Origin: Rhina ancylostomus
Taxonomy: Eukaryota
Assembly (NCBI GenBank): GCA_030265395.1
Contig: JARFYF010000036.1
Coordinates: forward strand, 11,497,270-11,561,269
Direction: 5' to 3'
DNA length: 64,000 nt
The position numbers were made by a program, and so were the translations under genes. This document shows positions 12,350 to 24,540 of this stretch, piece by piece (the stretch's first letter is position 1; every line of letters begins with the position of its first letter). The notes beneath the pieces are model-generated. The model ran no database searches and was not told the origin of the DNA. It saw only the letters and a program-made list of their open reading frames with translations.

Positions 12350-12665
12350 TAGTGGTGAGTGTGTGGAATGTGCTGCCGGAAATGGTGGTGGAGGTGGATA
12401 CGATAGGGTCTTTCAAGAGACTGTTAGATAGGTACATGGAACTAAGTAAAATAGAGGGCTATGGGTAAGCATAGTAATTTCTAGGGTANNNNNNNNNNNN
12501 NNNNNNNNNNNNNNNNNNNNNNNNNNNNNNNNNNNNNNNNNNNNNNNNNNNNNNNNNNNNNNNNNNNNNNNNNNNNNNNNNNNNNNNNTCTAGGGTAGGG
12601 ATATGTTCGGCACAGCTTTGTGGGCTGAAGGGCCTGAATTGTGCTGTAGTTTTTCTATGTTTCTA
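12350..12665 (+). mobile_element. CR1 LINE 3' end
   Basis: Near-identical to 3780-3985 (agtggtgagtgtgtggaat...cacagctttgtgggctgaagggcctgaattgtgctgtag). Confidence 0.85.
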
Positions 12666-12719
12666 AAATCATAAATTTTTGTTAGCGATTGATTTTAAAT
12701 ATTTTTCTTTTCCTTAAAG

Positions 12720-12831
12720 ACATTTTTCTGAAAAGTTTTCCAGTCAAAGTGACCCAACTAAAAATGAAACTGCTCATAATTCAAGAAGAAAATGGTGGAC
12801 TAACAAATGAACAGATCACTTCCTTACGGAG
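12720..12831 (+). CDS. Formin FH2 exon C
   Basis: tttttcttttccttaaag|AC...CGGAG|gtaagc. Translates (N)IFLKSFPVKVTQLKMKLLIIQEENGGLTNEQITSLR and carries the conserved actin-binding Ile (NxxIFL). Phase 1 to phase 2. Confidence 0.93.
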
Positions 12832-13714
12832 GTAAGCTTTCAAACAAGGGGGCTGTTAATGATTAGGTCCATTCAGGAATGATGCAAGAGAAGGAGAACT
12901 GTGAAAAGTGAATCAGCCACATACAGGTTTGAAGATGAGACTAATTGCTTTAATTACCAGACTGCAAACCATTGTGGCTGCCTTTCCCAATCAATGTTCC
13001 TTCAATATTTTAACAGCATTTTAATACCAATGCTCGGTGTTACCAAATGGTTCTTCTAATTTATTTGTCATATAGCCATCCTGCCCTCAGTGGATCCATT
13101 TTTAATTTGAAATATGACCAAACACTGGAAAATGCAGTATGTATTGCCCATCCCACGAGATCAGAAGCAGTGAAGGCTGAATTTGACAGCCCATTAAAAC
13201 TGGCACAAGGAATGCCATGCACAATTAATTGATCCTCATGCAATGCAGGCAGCACTTTAACTGTGTATTAACTTTGCTGGACTGGCTGGACTTGGAAAAA
13301 TGGGTGGGGATGGATTGGGAAGATGGTTACCATGAGATGAATAGTTCCAATTAAAACTGGCCCATGCTGCTGAGGAATAACTTGTGTCACTCAAGGGGAG
13401 CTGTATTGCCGAATGAACAGAGGATGTGAGATGTTGTAGAGGTGAACTTGTTCTGGGAAGTGATGCAGAATGGCACAGTACAGAGTAGACTCCAAAGTAA
13501 AATAACTCTGTACTGTGGGCCTGTTTGATGAGGTGGAAGGTGACAAGAGATGAACAACATGTACAGATAGCCTGGAACCACTTGAACATATTTGGATAGC
13601 AGGGAGAATTGATAGCCATAGAGGTCAATGACCTGCAGACCTGGACACAGTGCCACATGAAGGTCTTGGGGAAGTAGGAGGCACGAGGCATAAGATGGAA
13701 CATTCTCTGCTGAA

Positions 13715-14060
13715 CTAAATGAGTGCAGCGCCAACAACTATTAGGAAATTCAATACAGACCAGGACAAAGCAATACATTTGATTGCCACCCATTTTAATA
13801 CCCTATACGTTCATTCCCTCCACCATTGGCACATTGTGGCTGCAGTGTGGGCCTTCTATAAAAGGCATGGCAGTTGCTTGCCCATGCTACTTCAACAGCA
13901 GCTCCCAAACCTGTGACTGCTGCTACCAAGGACAAGGAGAATAGGTGCATGGGATCACCACCACCTGCAGATGCACTTCCAAGTTGCACACCATCCTGAC
14001 TTGGAAATGTATTGCCATTCCTTCAACATTGCTGCATCAAAATCCAGATCTGCCCACCCA
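13715..14060 (+). mobile_element. LINE 3' fragment, second family (related copies at ~7570-8190 and ~41700-41870)
   Basis: Shared motif ccaggacaaagca...attgccacccc...caccaccacctgcag...gcacaccatcctgacttggaaa..tattgccattccttc. Confidence 0.55.
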
Positions 14061-14084
14061 ACAACATCAGCTTCACCAGGAAAA

Positions 14085-14727
14085 CTGCTGGCTACGTAAG
14101 TGGATAAGGTGGTAAAGAAGGCGTATGGAATGGTTGCCTTCATTGGTCGGGGTGTTGAGAACAGGGTAAGGAAGTTATGCTGCAGCTAAATAAAACTTCA
14201 GTCAGACCGCACTTGGAATATTGTGTGCAGTTCTGGTGACCCCATTATAGGAAGGATGTGGAGAGGGTACAGAAGAGGTTTAGCAGAATGCTGCCTGGAT
14301 TTGTGGGTATGAGCTATAAGGAAAGGTTGGACAAACTTGGGTTGAGCATCAAAGACTGAGAGGGACCCTTTAAAATTATGAGAGGCAAAGATCAGGTAGA
14401 CAGTCAGAATCTGTTCCCCAAGGTAGAGATGTCAAACACCAGAGGACATGCTTTAAGGTTGGGGGTGGGGGGAAGTTTACAGGTGACATGAGGGGCAAGT
14501 TTTTAATGCAGGAATTGGTAGGTGCCTGGAATGGGTTACCAGGGTAGTAGTGGAAGCAGGCAGTTTGGTGGAGTTTAAGGGGCTTTTAGATAGACACATG
14601 AATATGAAAGGAATAGAGGGATATGGATGATTCACAGGAGGAAGACATTTAGTATAAATTGGCATCAAGATTGGCCCAACGTCATGGGCTGAATGGCCTG
14701 TCTTGTGCTGTACTGTTCTATATTCTA
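14085..14727 (+). mobile_element. CR1 LINE 3' portion
   Basis: Encodes RPHLEYCVQFW.PHYRKDV...QKRF.RMLPG and ends in the gggctgaatggcctg...ctgttcta tail. Confidence 0.9.
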
Positions 14728-16371
14728 AAATGCCTTGTCCTACAAATTGCTTGTTAAGCCTCAAGTGCTGCCCAATCTACTATAATCCTATTATTCTTCT
14801 GCTAATTTTTCTCTCTCAGTAAAAGAAATGTATGATCCTTATTTGCTATTTTGCATCCTCAAATGTAGCACTGCTACTAACTGCACGCACATCTTGTACC
14901 TTGCACACATTGCCAGCCATTCAACCACAGTAGCCATTATCACACAGCAGAAGAGGGCAGCAACAGAGATGCATGAGGCCATTTTATGTTGGGGCTACTG
15001 AAAACCTTCTATGAAAGTCTAAAACAGCAATTGATCCATATTTGTGGGTGGTATAACACTTGCTAAACTCCTTCCTCCTGTCCCTTTGAGCAGCAGGAGC
15101 AAGGCCAGCAGAGCTTGCTTTGCTGCCCATCTTGGCCTCCATGGAGGAGGCATGTTGACCATTATTGAAATGGCGATTGTTGGGATTATGGCAGTGATAG
15201 GGCTGAAGCCATCAAGTGTGAATGTTTTCTCCTCCCTAATCTTTCTTGTTATATCCTGTGCACCCTCTCAACCCACAGTACAAAATGTAGCTGAAACCTT
15301 GTTCTTGGGGCTATTTTCATATACGATAGACCGAGAGTTGCACCTTAGCCTGGCAGTAAAGGAAAGCGATAATGTAGAAGATTGTTTCTGTGAAATCAAA
15401 TCACAGTTACTATTCCCAGACCAGATTCTGTCCATGTGTGTAATTGAGAGAATAATTTAGAGCTGGGACACGAAACGCAAGGGGTCTGTAACTAGTGTCA
15501 GCTTTAATAATGGTAACCACAAAGCTGTCAGATCCATTGGTGAAGCTCATCTGCTTCAGGGAAGGAGATCTGGTGTTCTTCTTTGATCTGGCCTGGAAGA
15601 ACAGCAGCTTTCATATACAACATCTGTGGAACATTATCAGACAACATCTATGGAAAAAGAAACCATATTCTGCCTTCTGCACTGTTATGAGGCCCCTCAC
15701 AAACTTGAGGAACAAGTGTCTGGTCACATTGCAGCCTTTCAGACTTGGTATCATATTCTCCTAATTCTGAGAACTTGTTTTCTCTATCGATAATCTGAAC
15801 TGGCCATGTTTGCTGCAAGCCACCCATCTGTAGTACTGTTTTGATTTCTTTATTCCTCTCTCCACACTGGAGTACATCATACTTCTTTGTCACCCTTTAA
15901 CCTGCCCTGTTAACAACACATCTCCAAACAACCCTGGCCTCAAACTATCACAATCCCCATTGCCTAATTACTTCCTCCACCTTCCCTGCAACCTAAAACT
16001 AATTTTTCTCTCAGTCTTCCACACCACAGGAACAGCTTCTTCCCCTCTGCCATCAGAATGGTCCATGAACTCTACCTTCTTATTCCCTTGCACTATTTTA
16101 TTTATTTATTATTTGGTAACTTTTCGTAATCTTCATGTCTTGCATTGTACTGCTGCCACAAAACAACAAATTTCACGACATATGTCAGTGATAATAAACC
16201 TGATTCTGAATCTGATTCTGATGAAGGGTCCTGGAGCTGAAACCTTCACTGTTTATCTTGTCTCAGATGTTGCCTGTCCTGCTGAGTGTTTCCAATATTT
16301 CCTTTTTTATATTTCAGATTTCTTCAGCTTTATTGATTTTCAGTAATGTGGTTGATCATTAGTTGCCATCG

Positions 16372-16720
16372 GGGTGGCAGAGTGGTGTAACTAGAAGAGC
16401 TGTTGCCTCCAAGGACCAAGGACCTGAGTTCACTCCTGACATTGGGTTTTGTCTGCATGCATAATCTCGCTGTGACTGTGGGTTTTCCCTGGGAGCTCTG
16501 GTTCCCTCCCACATTCTAAATATGTGCTGGTTGGTAGGTTAATTGGCCACCGTAAATTGCCCCTAGTGTGTAGGTGAGTGTAGAGTCTGGGGAATTTGAT
16601 GAGATTGTAGGGGGAATAAAACAAAAAATTAATGTAGGACAGGTGTAAATGGGTGGTTTGATGGTCAGTCTGGACTTGGTGGGCTGAAAGATCCTTACTG
16701 TATCTTTCTATGACTCTATG
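16372..16720 (+). mobile_element. V-domain tRNA-derived SINE (HE1-like)
   Basis: A-box-like ggtggcagagtgg, B-box-like gagttcactcc, V core gtgggttttccctgggagctctggttccctcccacattc and a CR1-derived tail ending tctatgactctatga. Confidence 0.85.
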
Positions 16721-18559
16721 AAGTAACCAAATGAGAGGCTTGGTTCAAGGGGAAATGGGGATTGGGCTCTTAATGCTGGTCTAGATGATGAAAATCACGT
16801 TCTGTGAATGAATATTTATTCATAATCTGACTTTATTTCATTGGGGTAGGCTGAGATGTAGCATAAGTGTCAGCTCACCAGAGGCAAGGGCATGACATGG
16901 ATTCCTCTGCAGTGGAGTTGATGGTGCAGCTTACAGAAGGTCACTGTGAAGGCACAACGAAATGCTCGGAGNNNNNNNNNNNNNNNNNNNNNNNNNNNNN
17001 NNNNNNNNNNNNNNNNNNNNNNNNNNNNNNNNNNNNNNNNNNNNNNNNNNNNNNNNNNNNNNNNNNNNNNNCGAAATGCTCGGAGCATTGGGAAGCCTGA
17101 AAGGAAGCCATGCTTATTGCCAAGAAGTACGAAGAGTCCAGTGTCAACTTGGCACTGGGCTTTGTGCAGCATGCAGGGCTCATCATGGAAGTGATAGCCA
17201 ATTCTAGTCACACATGCATGACTGAAACACATTGCTGAATCTATGGCTGATGATGGAGTTCCTTTTAGAAGCAACAGCCATCTAGCACCCAAGCTACCTA
17301 ACAAGCTTAGAGCATTACCACCATGGCTGACAACTGCAGGCTGACACTGTGGTCCACTAAGCTGACCTCCAACAGATACTAGGAGTGCTGCAGGACTTTT
17401 CCAGGAGAGAGGCAGTGGCTGTATGCAGCACAAAAAGAGTTTTCATTTTTCATTTCCATGTCTCATTTCTCTTCAATTCTATTCAATTCAACAACAAAGT
17501 ATCACTGCTGCTACCTGTCAGCCAATCCAGTCCATGATGAGGAGGTTCAGTAAGGTTCTTTTCTGTTCATTCACGTGATGTGGATGTGACTAGCAAGGAC
17601 AGCGCTTATCATTACTTTCTAAATGTTTCATGAACTGAATAGCTTTTTAGGTCATTTCAGAGAGCACTTAAGTCAACAACATTAGTGGGTCCAAAGTCAC
17701 ATAAAGGCGAGACAGGCAGATTCTGAAGGATATTTGTGAAGGGCAAATTGATACCAGTAACCCAGCAGCTTCATGGCCACTATAACTTTACAGTCCCTCT
17801 TGAATGATGGAGCCAAAGCCTTTAGTGAGCTTGAGAAAGGCCATATTTAGTTGCTGGTGCTGCTCCTTGCATTTTTTTATTGAAATTGTTTTCTTTTGGT
17901 GAAGGTCATGTGCTCAGGATATACAAAATTCACCCTTCAATTCAGGACACAATTCTTTGGCCATTGAGAGGAGGTGGTTGAAGAAACAGTAATGGAGTAT
18001 TTGGTAGCATAATGAAGACTCCCTGTTTCGTGGACAGCAGGGAGACCCCTTTGTTTTACCACAGTTGTTCTCTCCTTTCTTGACTATGGTCACAATTATG
18101 ACATCTGAGGTCCCCTAGTATATCTTCCTTTCCCCAGGTGTGCAGAAGTGGTGGATTCCTTGAAGAAACGCAGTGCTCCACTGATTGAGGATCTCTGGCT
18201 CATGACTGCTCATGGAGAAGAAGTAAGATTCAGGATTTAGAAACTTGATTCCATGCATCAGATGTAAACAGAATCCCTGCATAAGCAACAGAGGTAGTGG
18301 ACTACTTTATAAACAAGCCAACCACCAGACACTCCTTACTGCTTCTGATGAAGAATCTACAATTCCTACTTTGGCCTCATCAGTCACCCATGTGGAAGCA
18401 AATCATCCTTAATCCCAAGGGATAGTCTAAGAAGATAATGAATACTAGTTATCCATCCCAAATTCTCTTGAATATTAAATTCCTTGGCTACAGTGGTGGG
18501 ATTTGTTCCCTTTTTCCAGATCGTGGATCAAGTCCCATTATCTGGCCACTATGCTACCA

Positions 18560-19250
18560 TATACTCCTGCATCTGTGGAAACAAATGATTAATCTTTAAA
18601 GCACACCCAGCGTTATATGCTTTTTGATCTCCAGGATCCTGTTTTGGAGGGAATAGGATCATTTACTGTTTGACATAGGCTGATATAATGCCTGCATCTG
18701 CTGATCTGCTTGTGGTGTATTGGCAGGGTTCAGTCCTGTGGGGAAATCTGTGATTCCAGTCAAACCACACTTTCTCTCTGCCTGTGGGTCTATGCTGAGG
18801 GAAAATGAAATATTGCTAGTTCTCACTGAGTGAGAGCTACAGTGCAGTGGATGACCTGCTGTATCATGTTCCAAATATCTCCAGAGCCAGCCTGGAAGGA
18901 GCTGGGTGCATAACAATTCATTGTTATGGTCACCATTGTAGCCACTGACAAAGCAACCCATACCCTGTTCTGAAATTCCAGTTGTGGTTTTTGAAGGCAG
19001 TAAATTTCCTGTTGCAGCATCGACTCCTCTCAAATTTTCCTCGCCAAGATTCAGGTGGAAGCATGCTCCCTAAGCAGCCATGATGGACTCGTCTCTTGCA
19101 GATGACCCTTCTACATTCTATTTTATATTCTCCTCCTTTTTCCAGTAATTTGCCTGCTCGGCATGTTCTCCCAGTCCTCCCATGTTGTAATTAAGGGAAG
19201 CCTTCAGGTTAGCAAAAAGTCCTTCAGCGTTTTCCTGTGCCACTGTCCAT
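18560..19250 (-). mobile_element. Highly decayed non-LTR RT fragment (RTE-like)
   Basis: Minus-strand remnants NISFSLSI...RKCGL...IKKAYN loosely match RT motifs (ISLLS, QCGF, DLxKAYD). Confidence 0.35.
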
Positions 19251-22200
19251 TGATTTTGGTATCTTAAAACAACCAAAGAAGCACTAAATACTTATGACAT
19301 TGGTGAGGTTTGACCCACATCCATCATGATTCATGAGCATTGCTCCAGAGTTCCAATGGGACTTGTAACAATTATGACACTGATGTTAATGATCCTAATT
19401 TATTGCTGAACAACATCATAATGGACTGAAGCCAAATTGTGGGTAAACTGGGTGGGAATGCTATCTTTATTTGATTTGAAGAGCATTCATTAACCATTTG
19501 GAACATCTGGAAGTGTTGGTTTTATTTCTGCTTCAAGTAGAATAATGACCAATGCATTGTGAATTCTGAATTAATTACAATTCATTCATTGGCAAACTTT
19601 AAGTCCTGAGTTACGAACCCAGAAGCGCAGCTATAGATCATCATACTCATATCATCATAGAACAAAGTGTGCTCTTCACCAAATATATTTAAATTGATAG
19701 AGTATTAAATGTAATTAATGATACAATTAGGACAAACAAAAACCCCTTTTCTAGGTGATTTCTTTACTTATTTAAAGTGAGTTGTAATGAAAATCAGAAT
19801 GCTTAAGAACTATTGTAGCACATTGGAAAAGAATGTTTATTCTCTGCCTGATCTTTCATCCATAATACCTTAAACAAATGCAAGGAAATCTATTCAAGGA
19901 ATACAACTAATTAGGAGATAAATGACACTTCAAAGAAATAGCCTGACAGAACTTCAATGAGGATTTCACAAGATGACCAAAGTATGTGGGTCAATTCCAA
20001 AGACATCAATGCATTCATAATATCCAATGAAGGCTCTAAAATTGAGGGAAAGTGAAATGTAATGCAGAGATTTTTTAGCACTTGGAAAATTCAAGTTTTG
20101 CTCAATGATCCTAAATCTATGATAACCCTTCCAAACAGAGCATGGAATACCAAGTGAAGGAATTATGTCATCTTTACCCTGTAGAGCTATTGAACTGATG
20201 GTTGAGGGCAAGTATTCAATGGAACTCCAGTGTACACTGTGTTGTGCAGTTCTTCAAGAAAAAAAATGCTTCATGTGTTACCTTCCAAATTTTAACAGTT
20301 CTGCTAATGAAATAGCTGCAGAATTCATGTATTGCAGCATGTAAAATGTAATTGCTGCTCATAAATTAACAAGCAATGAAATAGAAATGCTGTAATAATC
20401 TTCCAAAGCTGTGCACAGGCCATTTGGTCTCAATGAATTTTGATCTTTCTCTCCAGCAATGGGATGCAAAATAATAGCAGGGCATTGTTTAATATCAGCA
20501 ATACAAAGTGAGTTTGGATGATTATGGAGAGAAAAAGGACATCGTAGGTGAAGAACAGTTCTCAGATGAGTAGAAGCGATCAAGTTTAGCAGATGCCACT
20601 TTGGAGTGTAAATTCCATGTGCTCCATTCAACAGACCAGGCATGGACATTAAAAGATGGGCTCCAATTTAAAGAAAAACACAAAAGTAAGTTATGTGTTT
20701 CAAAGAGAAATTCAGGGCATTTAAACATATAGCAAAATTATGGTTCTCCAAATGTATGCAATGGGTATAATCTTCATAAGAACATAAGTATTAGTCAAAT
20801 AGAACAGTTACAATCTGCAAATTGCATAAAACAATGATTGCAGAGAAAATATCAATGTGTCTCTGATTAATGTTTTGTACAGGTCCTCCAGACATGTAGA
20901 TATTTGAGTGCACAAGGAAACGTTATTAGATTTACTGAGTACGTATAAAATGGCAACGATTAATTCAGTAGTGCTTAGCATATCATAAATGTTCCATGCT
21001 ACATGAATTAGTTTCTCTGGAATTTTCCTAAAATATCACCATGTCTCATTACATTCTTATGACAAAATCTTAATAGTGCATGTAAGGACATTATTAGTGC
21101 TAATATGGTAGATGTTTAATAAACTCACAAGCATGATCATAGATTTAGCACTGGAAGATACTGGTTCTGATGAGTGAGAGGAAGCACAAGGTGAACCATT
21201 AACTTCCAGTGAGGAAAGGATAGTATTTAGTAATGTCTAATCTGGGGCCATCTGGTGAATGACAACCTAGGCATAATACCTGGGGTCACCAAATTAAATA
21301 GGAATGCAGCCTTTACTGGGACATTGTTTAGACACAGGTTGTTAAGCCAGGAAGAGTGTGCTGAGGATTTGCTTGTTGCATTTGGCATGTGAAGGAGGTC
21401 TGCATTATTTGGAAGACACAACCATTCAATTACATCTGCCACATGAGCACAAAGCACCACCACCAGTACAACTGCAGGGGAGTTCCCAGTAATATGCATA
21501 CATATTGAGGGGAGGAGAAACCTTTTCTCATTTTGCCACTAATGTTATTCTCATAGTGTTGAAAAGATGCAGGTAATTTTCCAGAGGTCTAACAAGGTAT
21601 GCAGAACAGAACAAAATGAGTGACTAGTCTGTGATTACCAGTGTGTCCAAATGAAAACAATTGGGCAGGGGCCAACACTTGCTGGTAGAAATGGGCATTT
21701 GTTCATGTTCTGAATTGCAGAGACCAATCAGCTTCTGGTCCTTGTATGTCAGTGAAAATATGGTAAAGTGTTTGATGGAGAGCTGGAATGTTCATGTACC
21801 ATAAAAGTTGATGCCTGTGGTGGTCTTCATCTCCACAGGTAATGCAGTTAGTTATATTCCTGACCCTGAAGATCTTTCTTCATAAGCTTACTGGTGAGCT
21901 TTTGCCTTTTCAATGGTGGGTTTTACACAGGTACCATGTTTGTTATGTTACTGGACTAGTAATCCAGAGCTGAATGACTGGAGACATGAATTTGCATTAC
22001 AACTTCGCTGATGGGAGAGTTAAATTCAGTTATTGAAACACATCAGGAATTTAAGAAAAGTAGCATCAGTTATAGCTCAAAGCTAATGAATTGTTATGAT
22101 ATCTGTTTCACTTGTTCACTTGAATTGGAAAATCTGCTGCTCTTGCCCATTCTGCCATGTGTGATTCGGTGGAGCCAAAGACATATGGTTGACTCTTAAC

Positions 22201-22742
22201 TACTCCAGTGTAGATGTAGAATTGGACAGTGCAGGCCTGACCAGTAAATACCTACATCCTCAGAATAAATGCATTAAAGCCTACTACAGGGGGCCTACTG
22301 TGTGGAGTGATGCCAGTTGCGAGCCATGTGCTTTTGTGCCCTTGGACAGACCTCTCCTCATGTAAAGGTCCAGAACGACTTCTACACCCGTGCACCTGTT
22401 CAGAAATGTTAAGCTTTAAAAAGACTGACCTTATCATTCGTCATAAGTACTTTTTATTTGTAATTCTTCCTCATGCCAAGACTGATCTTACATGAAATAT
22501 TTAATGTTCAACCTGGCTTTGTAGCTGTGGAACTATATATGGAATCTCATTATTTGCTAAGGTGTTAAAGTGAGCCAGTATATACAGTATTTTAGAATTA
22601 CTTTTAACTATATTTTTTGAGATGAGGGTGATGGAAATTGACCTGTGTTCACTATGGGTACTCCAATCAGCTGGTTCAGGCCTGATCAGTACCTGCAATG
22701 GGAGACCAACTAAGAATACCATATGCAATAAACTTGAGAAAA

Positions 22743-24540
22743 CAGATTACCCCTTTTCAGGCTTTTTCGAGGTACTAGACAGGGCTGCCCTTTAAGTCCT
22801 TTACTAATTGATATTGCCTTGGAACCCTTGGCAATTGCTCTTCGTGACTCTTCTAACATATCTGGCATTATCCCTGGAGATGGGATGTATAAGATATCAT
22901 GTTAATGACCTGTTACATTATATCTCTAATCCTGAGAAATCCATCCCTGCAGTACTCTCACTGCTTGCTCTGTTTAGTGTTTTTTCTGGCTATAAATTAA
23001 ATCTTAATAAGAATGCACTTTTTCCATTAAATATGCAAGTTCCAATCTATAGGAGATCACCATTCAGATTAGTGACTGATTATTTTACTTATTTAGGTGT
23101 TAAAATTACCAAAAAGTATAAGGACTTATTTAAAGTTAACTTTTTACCCTTAATTGATCATGTTAAACAATTGCATACTAAATGGTCCCACTGATTGGTT
23201 GAATCAATGCTGTTAAGATGACTATTTTACCTAAATTTCTGTATCTATTTCAGGCAGTTCCAACCTTTATCTCTTTTGATATTATTGATTCTAAAATTCT
23301 TTCATATATATGGCAGAATAAAAACCCAAAGTTAAGTAAGAAATATTTACAGAAATTAAAGAAGGATGGCAGTATGGCTTTGCCTAACTTTAGATTTTAC
23401 TATTGAGCAATTAATATTTGATATTTAATTTTTTGGACACAAGATTTAAATGTAATTCAGTGTCCATAACAGGTGAATATTGAGCGTGAATCAGTGCATG
23501 GTTTTCATTTGCTTCTATTTTCGGAGCCTCGCTCCCCTTTGCACATACTAAATTGAATAAACAAACGATTAATCCAATAACCAAACACACAATACGAATA
23601 TGGTTTCACTTCCATAAGTTTTTTAGATTGAATACATTTATCAAGTTCTATTCTATCCAATTTTTTTCTTTCAACCATCTAGAATTGACCTAGCTTTTAT
23701 TTTATGGAAAATGTAGGGAATAGCATGTGTTTGTGATCTATTCAATGATAACTGTTTCAGTTGAATAGTTGTTTAATAAANNNNNNNNNNNNNNNNNNNN
23801 NNNNNNNNNNNNNNNNNNNNNNNNNNNNNNNNNNNNNNNNNNNNNNNNNNNNNNNNNNNNNNNNNNNNNNNNNNNNNNNNGTATTGAATATTGATTTACA
23901 ACCTCATCCTATTACTGCAATTTTTGGGTTACCAATGATGGATTCTGGCCATTTATCTGCCTCAGCTTGTCATATGATTGCAATTGTTAAATTAATAGCC
24001 AGGAGATCCATTCTATTTAAATGGAACGATCCTAAACCTCCTACTACATTCCAGTGGTTTACCCAAACTATAACATGTTTAAACTTAGAAAAAAATAGGA
24101 GTGATCCTGTTTTATTGATATTGATCCTTCAGTTAAATTTGAAGAAACTTGGAGCCCATTTATCCAGCATTTTCATATGATGTAAGGTGACCTTCTCCAA
24201 ATCCTTTTCAATAACTTTCTATTTAAATATATAGGAGTGGAGTTAATGACATAATGATGCTTTTAACTGATGAAAAATGACAGACCAGCTTTTGTTTAGT
24301 TTTTGGTTAATTTTTGTTTTTTTTGTTTATTATTCTTCTTTTAGTTTGTTCTTTTTCATATAATTAGATTTCTTTTAAAATCTTTTTCATGTTCAATTGT
24401 CAAGAGATTAGGAGGTTCAGATTACATATTTTACTCTTTGTCTGCATACATTAACTGTTATTATTGTAATCCCGATCTCTTTGTAACATATGTATAATTA
24501 CTATTGTTTATTAATTTGAAATTAATAAAAAGATTGATTC
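22743..24540 (+). mobile_element. L1 LINE, 5'-truncated ORF2 plus 3' UTR
   Basis: RGTRQGCPLSPLL, ALEPLAIALR, VNDLLHYISNP (YADD region), SGYKLNLNK, FTYLGVKIT, MTILPKFLYLFQAVP, GSMALPNFRFYY. T-rich UTR ending attaataaaaagatt. Confidence 0.9.
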
